From contig CM075988.1 in NCBI GenBank assembly GCA_038087875.1, positions 23,686,001 to 23,750,000 on the forward strand: 64,000 bases of DNA, given 5' to 3'. The notes under the pieces are model-generated. The model was not told where the DNA came from, did no database searches, and saw nothing but the letters and a program-made list of their open reading frames with translations. This stretch comes from Malacoraja senta (taxonomy: Eukaryota). Shown here piece by piece: positions 13,369 to 27,399 of the stretch; the stretch's first letter is position 1; each line of letters opens with the position of its first letter. The position numbers and the translations under genes are program-made.

Positions 13369-14470
13369 CTAAATAAATAATCCAGGAAGATTCAGTGTTA
13401 CAACTTTGCGATTGCAGAACAGAATTGCTAAACCAGGTATTTAGAGGTCAAAAAATGAATAGGACAAAATATTAATAAAGGGACGACTCTTCAGGCTTGC
13501 TGACTTTTCAGTAATTGGTCACATTATGGAACAGGCTCGCTAATGAAATATTAGAAACATACAGTATCAATTTATTATTGTACAAAGCAAGACTTTCCCC
13601 AAAAATATTTTGAACAGTAATTGAGATAAAGTAGATGCAGTATGCATGGAAAAGAAAATATATCCCCAAAGCTCCTCAATGCTGTTATCATATCGTTAAT
13701 TATTACAGAATTATTAAACCATTGAACTATTGGGATGGTTGAAGCAAACCTACATAAACACAAGCTTTTACAGTTTGCTTTACAATAATTCAGTAGTTTG
13801 ATGGCCACCATTACCAATACTAGCTCTAATCAAACCAAATGTAAATTCCATTGCTATTGTACCGGGATCTGAAATCATCCAGTAATAAAACTCAATTATA
13901 ATGGAAACATAAATGCTGGAAACATTCATGTCCGATAACACCTATGGAAAAAGTATTTCAGGTCTGTATTTTATATTGCAAGTATTTCCTATTTTTATTT
14001 CAGATTTGCAGCAGATGACATGAAAATTAGTCAAGTTGCAGACAGCAAGGATGTTTGTCAAAGGATGCCAGAAGATAAAAGATTAGTTGGAAAACTATCA
14101 AATGAAGTTTAATTCAGACAAGAGGTATTGCATTTTGTAAAGTGAAATGCAAGAGTAAAATATACAATAAATGGCAGCATCTTGTGGATAGGGTGGTAAA
14201 GGTGAAATATGGTGGGCTTGTCTTCACCGGTCAATGATAAAACCCAACTGTTTATCTCCATAAATGCTCGACAGAGGATTATCTACTTGTAAACTAACAT
14301 AAGTAAACATAAGCACTCTTTGTGAAGATATTAGTTTCATAGTGCATCAAGACTTCTAGATGAATAAAACTACTACATTATACAACTGCACCCAAAAGAG
14401 TTATTCTAAATTTCAAGTTAATCTCTTTTAAAATGTTATAGGAAGAACTTTGCATTTTTAACTAAGTTAC

Positions 14471-14565
14471 CTCATCAAGTACAATCATCTGTATGTTGTC
14501 CACTTTAGCCAAACCCTTCTTAATCAAATCCAGGATTCTTCCAGGTGTTGCAATCACCACATGGA
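14471..14565 (-). CDS. DDX6: DDX6 coding exon 6 ([17 protein letters not shown]...MIVLDE; first half of the DEAD box)
   Basis: tgcag| acceptor, |gtaac donor, 95 nt; DE|AD is split by the intron. Confidence 0.97.
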
Positions 14566-15051
14566 CTGCATTTAATAAAACAAATTCTTAACAGCAGTTT
14601 CAAGTACACATTCACAACTAAAGACGAAGGACACTAGATTAACTAGATTAGCAATCTTGTTTAATGTAACTATAACACAAATGGTAGAGTCTGGTTTGTG
14701 GATTGTTCAACTAAGCAGTTAAGATGCCTTCAGGTATATTAATGTGTCAGAATATAAACAATTAGATATACAGACAAAATTAAATGGCCATCTCCAGCTG
14801 CTCATTTTAATATTTCGATGTCCTTTCAGCATTAAATTGCCATTACCCAACATGTTAAAAAAAAAGGAATTAACAAACTTGTCTAAAGATATAACAAAAA
14901 CAAGATACTGTTTACAACAAAGATAGACAAAATGCTGGAGTAACTCAGCGGGTCAGGCAGCATCTCTGGAGAAAAGAAATAGGTGACGTTTTGGCACGAG
15001 ACCCTTCTTCGGTCTGAAGACGATTTTAAAATACCAGACGATCTTAGTTCA

Positions 15052-15261
<210 letters not shown>

Positions 15262-15679
15262 TCATCAGTATAGCTGATATTAATTGATAAATCAAATGAA
15301 AATGTTCAATAATTAACAACATTTCAATTATTTGCAAAAGCAGTCAAGTTTATCCAACAATGGGGACTTCACTTTATAGCTGCCTTCCAGAGGATTTTAT
15401 GTTGCTTGCAATGTCAAGCAAAATTCTATATTAGTTCTTGGAGCATGAATCTTTCTATGTTGGAGCTGGCAAATTCAGGTTGCTTTGTTTAAAATATCAA
15501 ACAGGCATGTTCAATCTGCCATAAAAGAGGCAACCTACCACCCAGAAATAATTTTGACTAGGATAAGAACAATTCTGTTTTCCTGAACATACACCTCCAC
15601 TCCCCCCTCCTCAAATCCCTCTCCTCATGCCCCACCTGGACTTGCACTCATTTCTCCCCCCTCCTCACTTTCCACCTAC

Positions 15680-16178
15680 AGGGAGTGCAGAGAAGGTTCA
15701 CCAGACTGATTCCTGGGATGTCAGGACTGTCTTATGAAGAAAGACTGGATAGACTTGGTTTATACTCTCTAGAATTTAGGAGATTGAGAGGGGATCTTAT
15801 AGAAACTTACAAAATTCTTAAGGGGTTGGACAGGCTAGATGCAGGAAGATTGCTCCCGATGTTGGGGAAGTCCAGGACAAGGGGTCACAGCTTAAGGATA
15901 AGGGGGAAATCCTTTAAAACCGAGATGAGAAGAACTTTTTTCACACAGAGAGTGGTGAATCTCTGGAACTCTCTGCCACAGAGGGTAGTCGAGGCCAGTT
16001 CATTGGCTATATTTAAGAGGGAGTTAGATGTGGCCCTTGTGGCTAAAGGGATCAGAGGGTATGGAGAAAAGGCAGGTACGGGATACTGAGTTGGATGATC
16101 AGCCATGATCATATTGAATGGCGGTGCAGGCTCGAAGGGCCGAATGGCCTACTCCTGCACCTAATTTCTATGTTTCTA
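15680..16178 (+). mobile_element. Young 5'-truncated CR1 LINE
   Basis: Open ORF2 C-terminus (QRRFTRLIPG...RGDLIETYKI...) plus 3'UTR and (TTTCTATG) tail. Confidence 0.92.
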
Positions 16179-16543
16179 TTCCTTCCTCTAGCTTCACAAT
16201 TCAATTGTCTCACACTATCTTTTCATCTCTGACATCCATCTGTCTATCAACCGCCACGCCCCTCCCCCTCACCTGTATCCCCTTATTAACCGCCATGCTT
16301 TGTCCTGCCTCCTGACCAGTTTCTCCTTTCCTTATCCAGATGAGCAACCCATGGTGTGACAATTTGCATTCTGACTACAAATCCCAGAAACCTCTACTGG
16401 ATCAGCACTCATAACTGAATATTGCCCTCAGTGGTTTTCCTGCCTGCCCTTTATCATCTGTCTAAATTAATTGGAATTACTGAAAGGGGTGACATTGGGA
16501 GAACATAGCTGTAAATGAAGATGTGGACAGAAATCACACAAAC

Positions 16544-16673
16544 CTTGAATGTAGTCTCTCTTCAGGTCCAGCCTTTCAAGTAATGGAATGAGGTAGGCTC
16601 CACTTTTACCTGTTCCGTTTTTGGCTCTGGCCAATATATCTCTGCCAGACAATGCAATTGGAATACTTGCCTC
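16544..16673 (-). CDS. DDX6: DDX6 coding exon 4 ([27 protein letters not shown]...; Walker A)
   Basis: cgcag| acceptor, |gtttg donor, 130 nt. Confidence 0.97.
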
Positions 16674-17032
16674 CTGCGAAACAGAGTTGAGAATATTAAA
16701 ATCAAATAAAAAAATTCATGCACCGTAGCCATCTGTACAATATCTCACCATCCTTTGGGCACCACAGCTCCTGTGATCTGGGTTTGGTCAAATCTCAGAA
16801 GCTGTGGGTGCAATGTTTGCAATTTTTCTCCTACAGCCCAAAGATGTGCTGGTAGACCAATTGGCTCGTGCAAACGGCAAAAAAGAATCAGAGGAGTTGA
16901 TAGGCATGTGCAAAGACAAGTAAATTGCAAAAATTTGAGAAATAAGGAGGACGAATAAGACTAATGGGATTGGAGAGATGAATTAACTCTGTTACAAGGC
17001 TGCAAATACAAGATGAAGGGGATATAACATAC

Positions 17033-17137
17033 CTGGATTGGAGATGGTTTCTCCCAACCCATTTCAAAAATGCCCATTAGCAACTCGCGCTTCAAACAAT
17101 AATCTTCAAATTCATTTCCTTTTGTGGCAGTTACATC
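17033..17137 (-). CDS. DDX6: DDX6 coding exon 3 ([36 protein letters not shown] motif)
   Basis: tttag| acceptor, |gtatg donor, 105 nt. Confidence 0.97.
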
Positions 17138-17454
17138 CTAAAGATCAAAAAAAATAACAAAGCTGATTTTGCAGCATGTCAATATACAATGTTACAGTAG
17201 TTAAAATATAGAATGTTATCATTTGGGCTACCTTGTGATTAATAGCATTAGATTGGAAGCTAATATGTAAGACAGGAGTAAAATAAATCTTGAAAATGTG
17301 AAAATCAAACAATGAAATCCTTGCAAGGACCATGGTTATCAAAGAGGTAGTTTCTAAAACATCATTAATTTATGCATGACACACAAGAATAAAAGTTGTT
17401 TTTAATACTTCTCACTACTAAGCCAAATTTACAGTGGGAGCACTCAATGGAAAA

Positions 17455-17905
17455 ATGGTGTTTGGCCCATATCCTCCTAGACCTTTCTTATCCATGTAAC
17501 TGTCCAAATGTATTTTAAATGCTGTGATAATACCAGCCTCAACTACTTCCTCTGGCAGTTTGTTCCATATACCCACCACCCTTTGTGTGAATAAGCTGCC
17601 CCTGGGGTGGAAGATTGCAACCTTCTTCGCCATGTTTCGACGAATGCAATCAACCCGGCGTGCACAATAAAATAAGATCAAATAGAACAAGTTGTCCTAC
17701 AACTTTAGGCTGTGCAGGCCATACGCAAGAAGAAGCAGAAGCTGCCCCTCAGGTTCCTATTAAATCTTTCCCCTCTCACCTTAAACCTATAGTTCTTGAT
17801 TCCCCTACTCTGGGTAAAAAGCTGTCCATTCACCCTATCTATTCCCCTCGTGGCTGTACAAACCTCCAAGATTATCCCTACACTCCTCCTACACTCCAAG
17901 GATTA
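17455..17905 (-). mobile_element. CR1 LINE fragment, host of retroposon copy 2
   Basis: FTQRVVGIWNKLPEEVVEAG...FKIHLD on minus. Confidence 0.8.
17604..17738 (+). mobile_element. Ribozyme-headed short retroposon, copy 2 (core partly deleted), inserted in a CR1 fragment
   Basis: TSD aagctgcccct at 17593-17603 and 17739-17749; (AAG)n tail. Confidence 0.85.
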
Positions 17906-18253
17906 TTTCTGTAATATAAAATCTTCTCAAAACTGATTACTAGAAAAGCCCATTAAAACTTTAGCTGTGGAATTTTATGTCATATTCTGCTACATGGATA
18001 AATGATCGAACCAATACAATTGCCTGCCCTAAATTGACAGAAATTAGTTGTGCAAATCAAGGTCAGAGAAGCACTAATAATGACAAGTTATCTGTCGCTC
18101 TACCTTATGGAGCCAAGACTTCACAATAGTAACTATTATTACCAGTAAATATTACTCACAATGTCCTGACTGGTGACAATTTAAAAAGGCAACAGGCAAT
18201 TTATAACAGTCTAAATTAAAGAAAAATAGCAGGCATGTTACAAGGCTTCTTAC

Positions 18254-18317
18254 CGAAGTTTTCATCCGCCTGTCTTTTGGAGGCAACTTTAAACTTTTCT
18301 TCCAGTCATCACCTGGT
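18254..18317 (-). CDS. DDX6: DDX6 coding exon 2 (PGDDWKKSLKLPPKDRRMKTS)
   Basis: tatag| acceptor, |gtaag donor, 64 nt. Confidence 0.96.
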
Positions 18318-19269
18318 CTATAGAGAATGAAAGAGACGAAATGCTTACATTAAGCCCCATTTTGTTAACCCCAAAGTTTTGTTTAGGCACAAAAGGAAGA
18401 TGTTCAGCTCAAAGTTTTGCAGGGTGACCACTATAATTACAATTCAAAGAAAAGTGCTGAAGAGACGGTTGGAGCCGATAAAATGATGAGCTTTAACATT
18501 TTTTAAAAATAATTTCTCAGGACCCAATCCTTTGCCTTTCACAGTAATGGGTATAAAAAAAGTAAATAAGGAAAATTATTACTGCTTTTAGCAGAATAGA
18601 TATTTTTACAACTCAAATGATAGAATGCATAATTGCTATCCTATGCCATTTCTCGCACTTGTCGTTTCTCATTTCTGGAAATGCCAGAAGGGTACAACTG
18701 CCGGCTCTCTACGCCCTACTCTTCCTCAAAAAATCTTATTACATATGGTTATGGCAAATGAAGGAAATCAGAGAATACCGATAACAGCGCTTCACATAAT
18801 TCACAGCTCAAATGTCAGAAATAGTTTAATGCAATTAAATAAAAACATTTAGCCAAAGTCTTGACAGGAAAAATAATTTTACGCTGGGTTATGCACATTA
18901 TTTTCATATTTTAAAAAGAAACTGGATGGTAATATGCAATTTAAAGTCACCTAAAAACTTCAAAAATACTGAGATAACTTGGGGAAACAGAACTCTCCTA
19001 CAACCTTGTCCTAGCCAATAATTTCAAATTACGGTTTTGTTTTTTATCAGTGGTTACATAAAACTATTTCCAAAAAGTTCTTAGATAAAAGCACCAAACA
19101 GATGGTATTTGGAAAAGATTACAGAACAGGGAAAAGGCAGTAAGATATTAAGTAGGATAATTAAGTAACTGCAATGTCAAGAGTGTTGACATGACAACGA
19201 GCAAAAAACTTAAGGAATGATCACATAAGAAATAATCAGCATTTAAAGGTGACAAAATAGGAAAGGTTG

Positions 19270-20215
19270 GCCCACAGGAATTTATGATGAATCCACGGTA
19301 GTTTGTCATCTAAATTAATGATTTACGTAGTTAATATGCTGAATAAATTTGCAGATTACAGGTAGGATGATATCAAAGAAAGCTATCTAAGTTTACAAAA
19401 GAATCTGGATCATCAAGGGATGTGGGCCAAGGAATAGCAGATGGAGCTGAACTCTGACAAGACCGGGGTGGTGTAGAACACAGGGACCTTCGGGTACATG
19501 TCCACAGTTTCCTTAAAGTGGTAGCACAGGTGGACAGGATAGCGAAGAAAGCATTTGGCATCTTTGCCTTCATCAGCAAATGCATCAAGTACAGGTGTTG
19601 GGACATCATGCTACAACTGTACAAAACATTGGTGAGACCACATTAGAGTAATCTGTGTAGTTCTGATCACACTGCTGAAGACCATTAAGCTACAGAGGAT
19701 GCAGGGAAAAAAAATCACCAGCATATTACCAGGACCCAAGGACTTGAGTTACAATGAGAGGCTGGAGGGACAGGGACTTGCTCCTACTGCAGCATAGGAT
19801 GCTGAGGGGTGACCTTATAGAGATCTATGAAATCATGATTAGGCCACTGTCTTTTTCCAGGGTAGGAGTCCAGAAATAGAGGCCATAGGTTTAAGGCAAG
19901 AGGGAAAAATTTGAGACCCGCAAAGCAATTTCGCCACACAGAGGGTGATGCATAAATGGAACTTAAGGCAAGAGGGAAAAATTTGAGACCCGCAAAGCAA
20001 TTTCGCCACACAGAGGGTGATGCATAAATGGAACAAGCTGCAAGAGAAATATGTGGTGGTGGATACAATGGCAATGTTTAAAATACATTTTGACAGGTAA
20101 ATAGATGGGAAATATGGACCTATTGAAGGCAATGGACCTAGCTTTGCTATAAAATCTGGTCGGCATGGATGAGTTGGGCCAAGGAGCCCAATTCTAAGCT
20201 GTACAAATCTTATGA
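19270..20215 (+). mobile_element. Degenerate CR1 LINE with an internal 72 bp tandem duplication
   Basis: CR1 ORF2-like sequence; 19891-19962 is identical to 19963-20034. Confidence 0.8.
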
Positions 20216-20487
20216 CTGCGAGATGAGCATTATTTCAATTACATCTGTGGGATCTTCCTGTTGCAAATTGACAAACTTGTTTTGGCATATTACAACAGCA
20301 ATTACATTTCCAAAAAGGACATTCAACATTCCGACTAAATACCCAAATCATTTGGCAATTTACATACTAATACACAGTAAATCAGAAGGCAAATTAAATA
20401 CATTAAGAAAATAATCCAACAAAAAAACGTGACAAACATTCACAATCAGAATAAAGCTATCTTTCAAAGATTTTAAAAGATACTTAC

Positions 20488-20696
20488 TTGATAGTACTGC
20501 TGGTTGTATGTGCTTGCTGCTGAGTGCCATTAAGTGTGCTGGCATTTTTTAGTTGCTGTAGCTGTTGATTGGTCTGTGCGACTTGCTGTGGTGGCACACC
20601 TCCTGGGACTGTACTGGATTTCAGTGGGCCTCTCAACTGCCCGTTCTGAGTAGACAAACCCATAATAATGGGAATTTCCGTCCTGGCTGTGGTCAT
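20488..20696 (-). CDS. DDX6: DDX6 first coding exon ([24 protein letters not shown]...); whole exon 20488-20971; spliced CDS 1461 nt = 486 aa DEAD-box helicase
   Basis: ATG at 20696, donor |gtaag at 20487, acceptor ttacag| at 20972. All 12 exons join in frame. Confidence 0.96.
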
Positions 20697-22702
20697 TTTA
20701 TATATATATTTATATATATAAATATATATGTATATGCAAGTTCAGTTTACAGCCCAATGTTCATACAGAAACTGTAATAGTTTAAACCTCTTCAAATGAA
20801 GAGATAATAAAGTTCGCTCAATATATACGAGTCCTCCCGTTGCAATCAAAGCAAGCACTCGTATGAGTCTTTTTAAAAAGTCAAGCAGTCACTTGCACTG
20901 ATGCTTCGTAGACAATATTCTTCCGCATAAGTCCTTTTTCAAAAAAAGGTATTGAATGTTTTCACTTCCACCTGTAAGCAATTAAACAACTTTAAAAAAA
21001 ATAAGTTTAGAAACAAGCATTTAAACCTACTAATAGCAGCAAGAGTCCCCCCCCACCATCTTCGACAATTTTGATTAAAACAGATTTGCATCTTTAGGAA
21101 GTTCAACAATCCCACCATATTGTGTTTATGCATTGCATTTCATGATCTGTTCTCATGCTGCCATTCCTAATTTTCATAATACTTCTGAATTAGGAACAAC
21201 TGATGTACACATTCCGATGTACTGCATTTCCTCAACACCAAATTCAACAATTCTTTTTACTCCAACATACATAACAATTGAAGATAGACACAAAAAGCTG
21301 GAGTAACTCAGAAGAGAAGGAATCATTTAGTCAATTCTGAATTTCATATACTGCATGATACTTATCCAATATCATAATTTGTCTTCTCGATTTATATGGA
21401 ATCAATATGGAACACGTTAACAATATGCTACTAGCAGCTAGGACAAAGCAACCTGGGAGTAAGTGACCCATTCACCAAACCATCATTTTCCATAACTTTT
21501 CTGGATTCATTTTGTAATTCTGATTAAAATTTATCAACTTGAAATGTCAACCATTTCTCTCACCATGGATGCTGCCCAAATTGAACTATTTTCAGCATGT
21601 TTTAAATCTGTGCTAGTTCTCCTTCAAAATCCGTTAGTTCAGAAAAGTTCACATTCAAAACTCAGGATGTTTTCAGCCAAAGAGGCCATTTTAAAGAGGA
21701 CTGACTTTCTGCCTCTACAATTCATTTTTCTGGCAAATAAAAACCCTAATATAACTCATAGGATTTAAAAAAATTAAACTATCTTAAAATTAGTTTATGA
21801 ACTTAACTTCAAAATTAGATAGCCAATCAAGGGCAGAATAAAATAATAACGAAGAAGTTGAGAGATTAAGACCCCAACATCAGTTGGAATCCTTCCCCAA
21901 AGAAATGGCAATAGACACCACTACAATATTGGCTCGAGGCAGCATGATTTTATGAAACACTATTTAGTATTTGAAGGTACAATTGGTTATATAGACAAGG
22001 TAACCGCTGAATAAATATCTAAATTAGTTGCAAGCAGTTCTTGTTGGAAAGCCAGACTGATGGCCCAAAGCACTTCTGAGAACCACTTAAGCCAATTCTG
22101 ATCTCCTGAACTTTCAAAAGAGGCCCTCACCCCCTGTGCTCTAACAAACAACTGCTCATGAAGTCCAGTAATAACATAAATCAGTTAAGCAGTAGCTACA
22201 CCAAGGGAAACCTGTCTGCTCAACCAGAAAGTTCAACCAGGTACAGAATCAGTCTTTCCTAATTAATGCTCCGAGGGAAAGGGGCAAGATTCAGATGACT
22301 TGCATTTTTTAAATCAAATTATTTTAAAAGTATTTCGTTCACTTAAAAACTTAAAGCAATTTAAAATTAAATCTATGTAACCTCTTTTAAAAAAACAAAA
22401 CAGTAATTACTGGTGAATTTTAATAGTATTAAGAGACAATTCTAGACATTCAGCCATCATTGGACATCTTCCATTTCAACAGGAAGGCCATGTGCCTGTC
22501 AGGGTCTTGAAGATCAAGAGCTGGCTTTGGGAATCAAGTTGCCATCCAAAAAAGTGTGGAACTGCAAGTACAACATTTGGTTGGGCAGCGGGCTCAAACC
22601 TCCATGAATCTGGGCAGATTAAGTGGGCAAGAAGGTGGCAAATGACCAGAGACCACTCGGGTTAAAAAAAGATAATGGGCAAACAAACATTAGCAATTAG
22701 AA

Positions 22703-22951
22703 GGGTAGACAAAAATGCTGGAGAAACTCAGCAGGTGAGGCAGAATATATGGAGAGAAGGAATAGGCAATGGTTCAGGTCGAGACCCTTCTTCAGAAGAA
22801 GGGTCACAACCTGAAACGTCGCATATTCCTTCTGAAGGGTCTCGACCCGAAACATCGCCTATTCCTTCTCTCCATAGATGTTGCCTCACCCGATGAGTTT
22901 CTCCAGCATTTTTCTCTACCTTCGGTATTTCCAGCATCTGCAGTTCTTTCT
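22703..22951. mobile_element. Palindromic Penelope-derived insertion with hammerhead remnants
   Basis: Head-to-head inverted units; 13 bp flanking direct repeat ttagcaattagaa at 22690-22702 and 22952-22964. Confidence 0.7.
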
Positions 22952-25900
22952 TTAGCAATTAGAAAGGTAAATGATACAATTGTCTTTATGACAAAAAAGG
23001 TAGAGCTCAAAAATAAAATTTAAAAAATTGGCAGGGCTTTAAGGTCTCTAATCCCAAGGAAGGTTGTTTACTTAGAGATGGTGCAATATAGTTTGTCTAG
23101 ATGATTCCAAATGCGACTGGGCAGGATTGATTGGCTCAGAAAAATGAAATACAATTTTATTGTAACACAAAATTTCAAAAGGACTACAGAGGTTAAATGC
23201 TTAAAGCAATTCATTTCGCTGGTCTAATTTAGTCACAAAATTCAAGACCAAAGTGAAACAAATCTTCTTCACTCAGATTATTTATCTTTGAAAAGTCGCT
23301 CACGTGGATAAGTGCAAAACCTCAGTTGTTGAATACCTTCAAAACAGGTTGAAAGACTAGGACAAAGTGAATCAAGGAAAATGATAATTGCACATCAAAA
23401 AGGATACATCATGATTTTATTGATATGTTGGCAACGCAGACACGAGATCTTATGGCCTACCACAGACTGCCTGTTTTTCTAAGCCTGTTGTTTCTCATAA
23501 ATCCTCAACCCAAAACATCACCCATTCCTTCTCTCCAGAGATGTTGCCTGAGTAACTCCAGCTTTTTGTGTCTATCTACAATTGAAAAATGATGCTACAT
23601 TGCAACTTGCTATTAAAATAACATAGCCAGAAATTAATTTAGGCTAAAAACCAGTGATAAATTGCCCAACATTGATAAATTGTTGGAAAATCTGCTATTT
23701 CCAAATCAGACAAGACCAAATTCTTGGCATTGGGGTTAAACACAAAAACCTTTCAGAAAGGAAAATAAATGAATGGGACATTTAAAGACCTTAAAATATT
23801 TAAAACATACCCAGCCATCTTGATTTTGCAATTCATTTCATAAAACATTATCATTTCATTTCATTAATTTGTCCAAACACTCAACTTATCTAAAACAAAT
23901 GTTGCAGAGTCAAAATACTATTAAGCTTGGTAAGCAAAACAGAATTCAAATTTAAAACAAAAATCTCATTTAAATGATTCTTTACAACTGCAAGGGAAAA
24001 TTGGCATAAAGACAATTACCTATTCACTAGGCACAGTAATTTTGAAGTCCAAATCAAATTTCCAACCATCGTTCTCATTTTATTAAAAAATCCAATTAAA
24101 TAAATGTCAGACAATTAATTTCTGAATTCATACCAATTATTTGTTGAGTCTCAAGTTATTGGCCAATAAAAATAACAAACATCTTCAGAAACATATCACT
24201 AGAATGCACCATCAGTGAAAAATATTGAATTACAAATTAACTAGTCATTTTGTCATTGCACCTATAATCAGTCCTTTGGTAGCATTATCCAATTAACTGA
24301 GCTCCTCCAGTCTTTCTCCTTGTACTCATCTTGCCAATTTTTACAATTATATTCCTAAAACTATTAACTCCATTTTCTTTGTACTTTCTAAATGAGCACA
24401 GTGCTAAAATCACTGATTGCAACTACTAGTCCAATCACATTAAATCCATCTTACTGATTCTACGGTCAAGGGAAAAAAATATTTTTCATTGATATTATTC
24501 ATGCTTTTCAGCATCTGTCAAAAATGTGTTCTTTACCTTCTTTGCTCAAAGAGAAACAAACTCAATTTCTTTGGTCTTTCCACTCAAGTCCCTTAACTCA
24601 CTTGCCATTCTCAACAGAAATTTACATTCACCCTTTAAGTCCTTGACTGTGCCCTATTTCAATGTACTTCTAAGACAGGCACATGCATGTATCCCATTCT
24701 CACACAAAAAACATAGAATCATGCAAAGGCAGGTTTCTAGTCCTGGTGGTATGGATCTTCAAGCAGACGCCCAACTGATGGGGATTCCTACCTCGTACCA
24801 CATTTTCAGGCCAAAAGTTCTCAATACCACCAGCATCATTCTTTGCTTCCTTCCAACTGCCAGGAGCTTATTATTTCAACCAACCTGCACATGGGATTAA
24901 GCTCCAGGTGTCAGTCTAAACCCTTTACATTGAGGGAACACATTTAATGCAAACCTTGTGAATCTTTTTGAATGCCGTCATCTTCTGCTAAATAACTTAG
25001 CAGTCTACCTCAAATTAGACCATTCACATCCATATTACTTGTTCTATAACACAAATGATACCTCGTTTATTGGTGAGGATGAATTCTCTGGATGAGAATC
25101 TTCCTATTGCATAATAACTCCTTAAGGATTATCTTTTGCTTGCTGGCGCAAGTCTCTGTTCCCCCTGTTGCTATGACTGGAAAATGGCACAAAATCCCTC
25201 CCCCACCAATGGTGCTCCTGCAGGAAAGAAATGTCCATGGCTCACCATCAATGCCACACCTAGGGCAAGTAGTACAACCTCTCAGAGACAAAATGTGGAG
25301 CTCATAGCTACACGTTCGCCATGAGTGTTATCCATTGCTGGGGAATTGGCAATACCTTTTGTTGTCAGAGTGCCCAGATTCTAGTTCTTTTTAAAAATCA
25401 ATCAACTTCTGTTGGATGCGATGGAAGATGTTTTCACCCTTTTTTGTTTGGCGAAACAGTTCTCCCCAGCCCAGAGATTTTTATGGCAACAAGCTGAAGG
25501 GCTGGAAATTACTGTTGAGCTCACCTGCAAGCATTAAGACCAAAATACCTTGAACGATTACAATAAATCAGTGCTCTGCAAGGTAGAGCCAATCAAGATA
25601 CCAGTGCATGTCAAGTCTAACTGGATTATGACCACTACCACCAAAAAAAAAATATCCTACTGATGCTCCTAAAACCAAACCCAAAATTGCTCTCCTACTT
25701 GCTGGGCTTATTTACTACAAACAAAACAATATCAGTTATTATCTTCTGACCTCTTAAAGCTCACAAGTTGTGATACAATTTATTTCTATAGTATAACTGC
25801 CTACTTGCTATTGGGAGTGCAATAACTTTACGTAATGCTGTGCTGAATGCAAACATTTACGACATTATTGAAATCAGTTCCCTAATCTTTCTAAATCAAA

Positions 25901-27399
25901 TCACCGAAGTGTCAAAGGGGTAAATTGTTCAGCTAAGAACTCTGCACTCATGCATTTCAATACAGGTGGAGAGTTTTGCTTCCAGTGTGGAAATTAAGAC
26001 CTAATATCATTGAAGTAACTCTTTGTTTTCATAAAGAATAATGGATCTTTGGAGTTATCTATGCAAGAGGCTTGTGGAAAGCCACAAATTTAGAGTTTTC
26101 AAATATTATGGAAATCAAAGGACAAGCAGTTAACACTAGGACGTGACATTGTGGCAATAGTGGAATTTAGGAATTTCATTAAATTCAAGCATTTTTCTAA
26201 TTATTCTCTACATCCATTCTATATATGTATGCCCTTGCATTTTCTTGTCAGACTGGCTACCAGTTATGATCACTTCTGCATCAATGAAATGGAAACAAAT
26301 TGCAATGCAAAAACAGCAGCATAATTACACTGATATACCTAAACAAACAATCCAGTCCTAATCACTCAAACGGCTAACTACTTTCACCAAGGAATATCAT
26401 CCTTTACTATGAGAATTTGTAAAATAGCCTTTCATCTTGTGGATAGAGTAGTCAGAGTGCATTGAAACTCATTAATATCATAAAATATTGAATCAAAAGC
26501 TGATAAGTATTTTTGTCAGATTCCTCATGGCTACGTAACTACCCACTGAATTATTTGTCCAACAAAAGTTTTAGTTGTCCGATTTCATTAGGACCAAACC
26601 CAAGATTATTATTAAACCTGCCCTCCATTTATACAGAATGGGAGGGGAACTCCTAACTGCCAATCAGAACAACAAACTGCAGCATATGGTATTGATAAGC
26701 GTTCATAGGATGACTCCACAATAACATTTTTAGAACTTGCCAAATTTCCACAGGGCTCCTGTACTAATGTATTCTATCCCCCACCCCACCCCCACGCCTA
26801 CAAAATAAACTGCAATGTAGGATCTACTAAAAGTGAGCACACATTTTGAATAAGAAACTACAGGATATAGTACAGGAAAATCCTCCTCAAATTCAAAGAC
26901 CACCCCATCCTAAATATAAATTTTTTAATGAAAAATTGAAATAAAAAGCAGACAAAATTGATCATTTGGATATTTCTTCCAGTTAAAAGCAAAATTTCAC
27001 CTAGCTTCAATTACTTTTCCCCAATTATATCCCATGAACCCTCTGACTTAAAAAATCCACAACCTGTGTTGACAAATAATAAAACCAGATTAAATTTTAA
27101 AATTGCTTTTAAATTATTCATCAAGTATTCATGAATGTAAATTATAAAAACTTGTCAAAATTATTCAGCAATCACCAAGCAGAGTAAATAATTTGCACGT
27201 CAGATTAATCCTATACAAATATGAACAATTCGAAATTAACGCAAGGGATTAATGGCTTCGAACTATTTCTCGTAATTAAGCCATTTTTTAAAAATAGTTC
27301 ATGTTATACTCAAAACACATTACACGTCACATTACAGTGACTTAGAGGCGGAAATCAAGATGGATTAGAAAAGACAGCGTCAAAGTGTAAACAAAAAAA

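Noticed and set aside
16665..16673. QEASIP instead of human QEESIP next to the DDX6 Q motif
   Set aside because: The invariant Q is intact and this position varies among DDX6 orthologues as I recall them.
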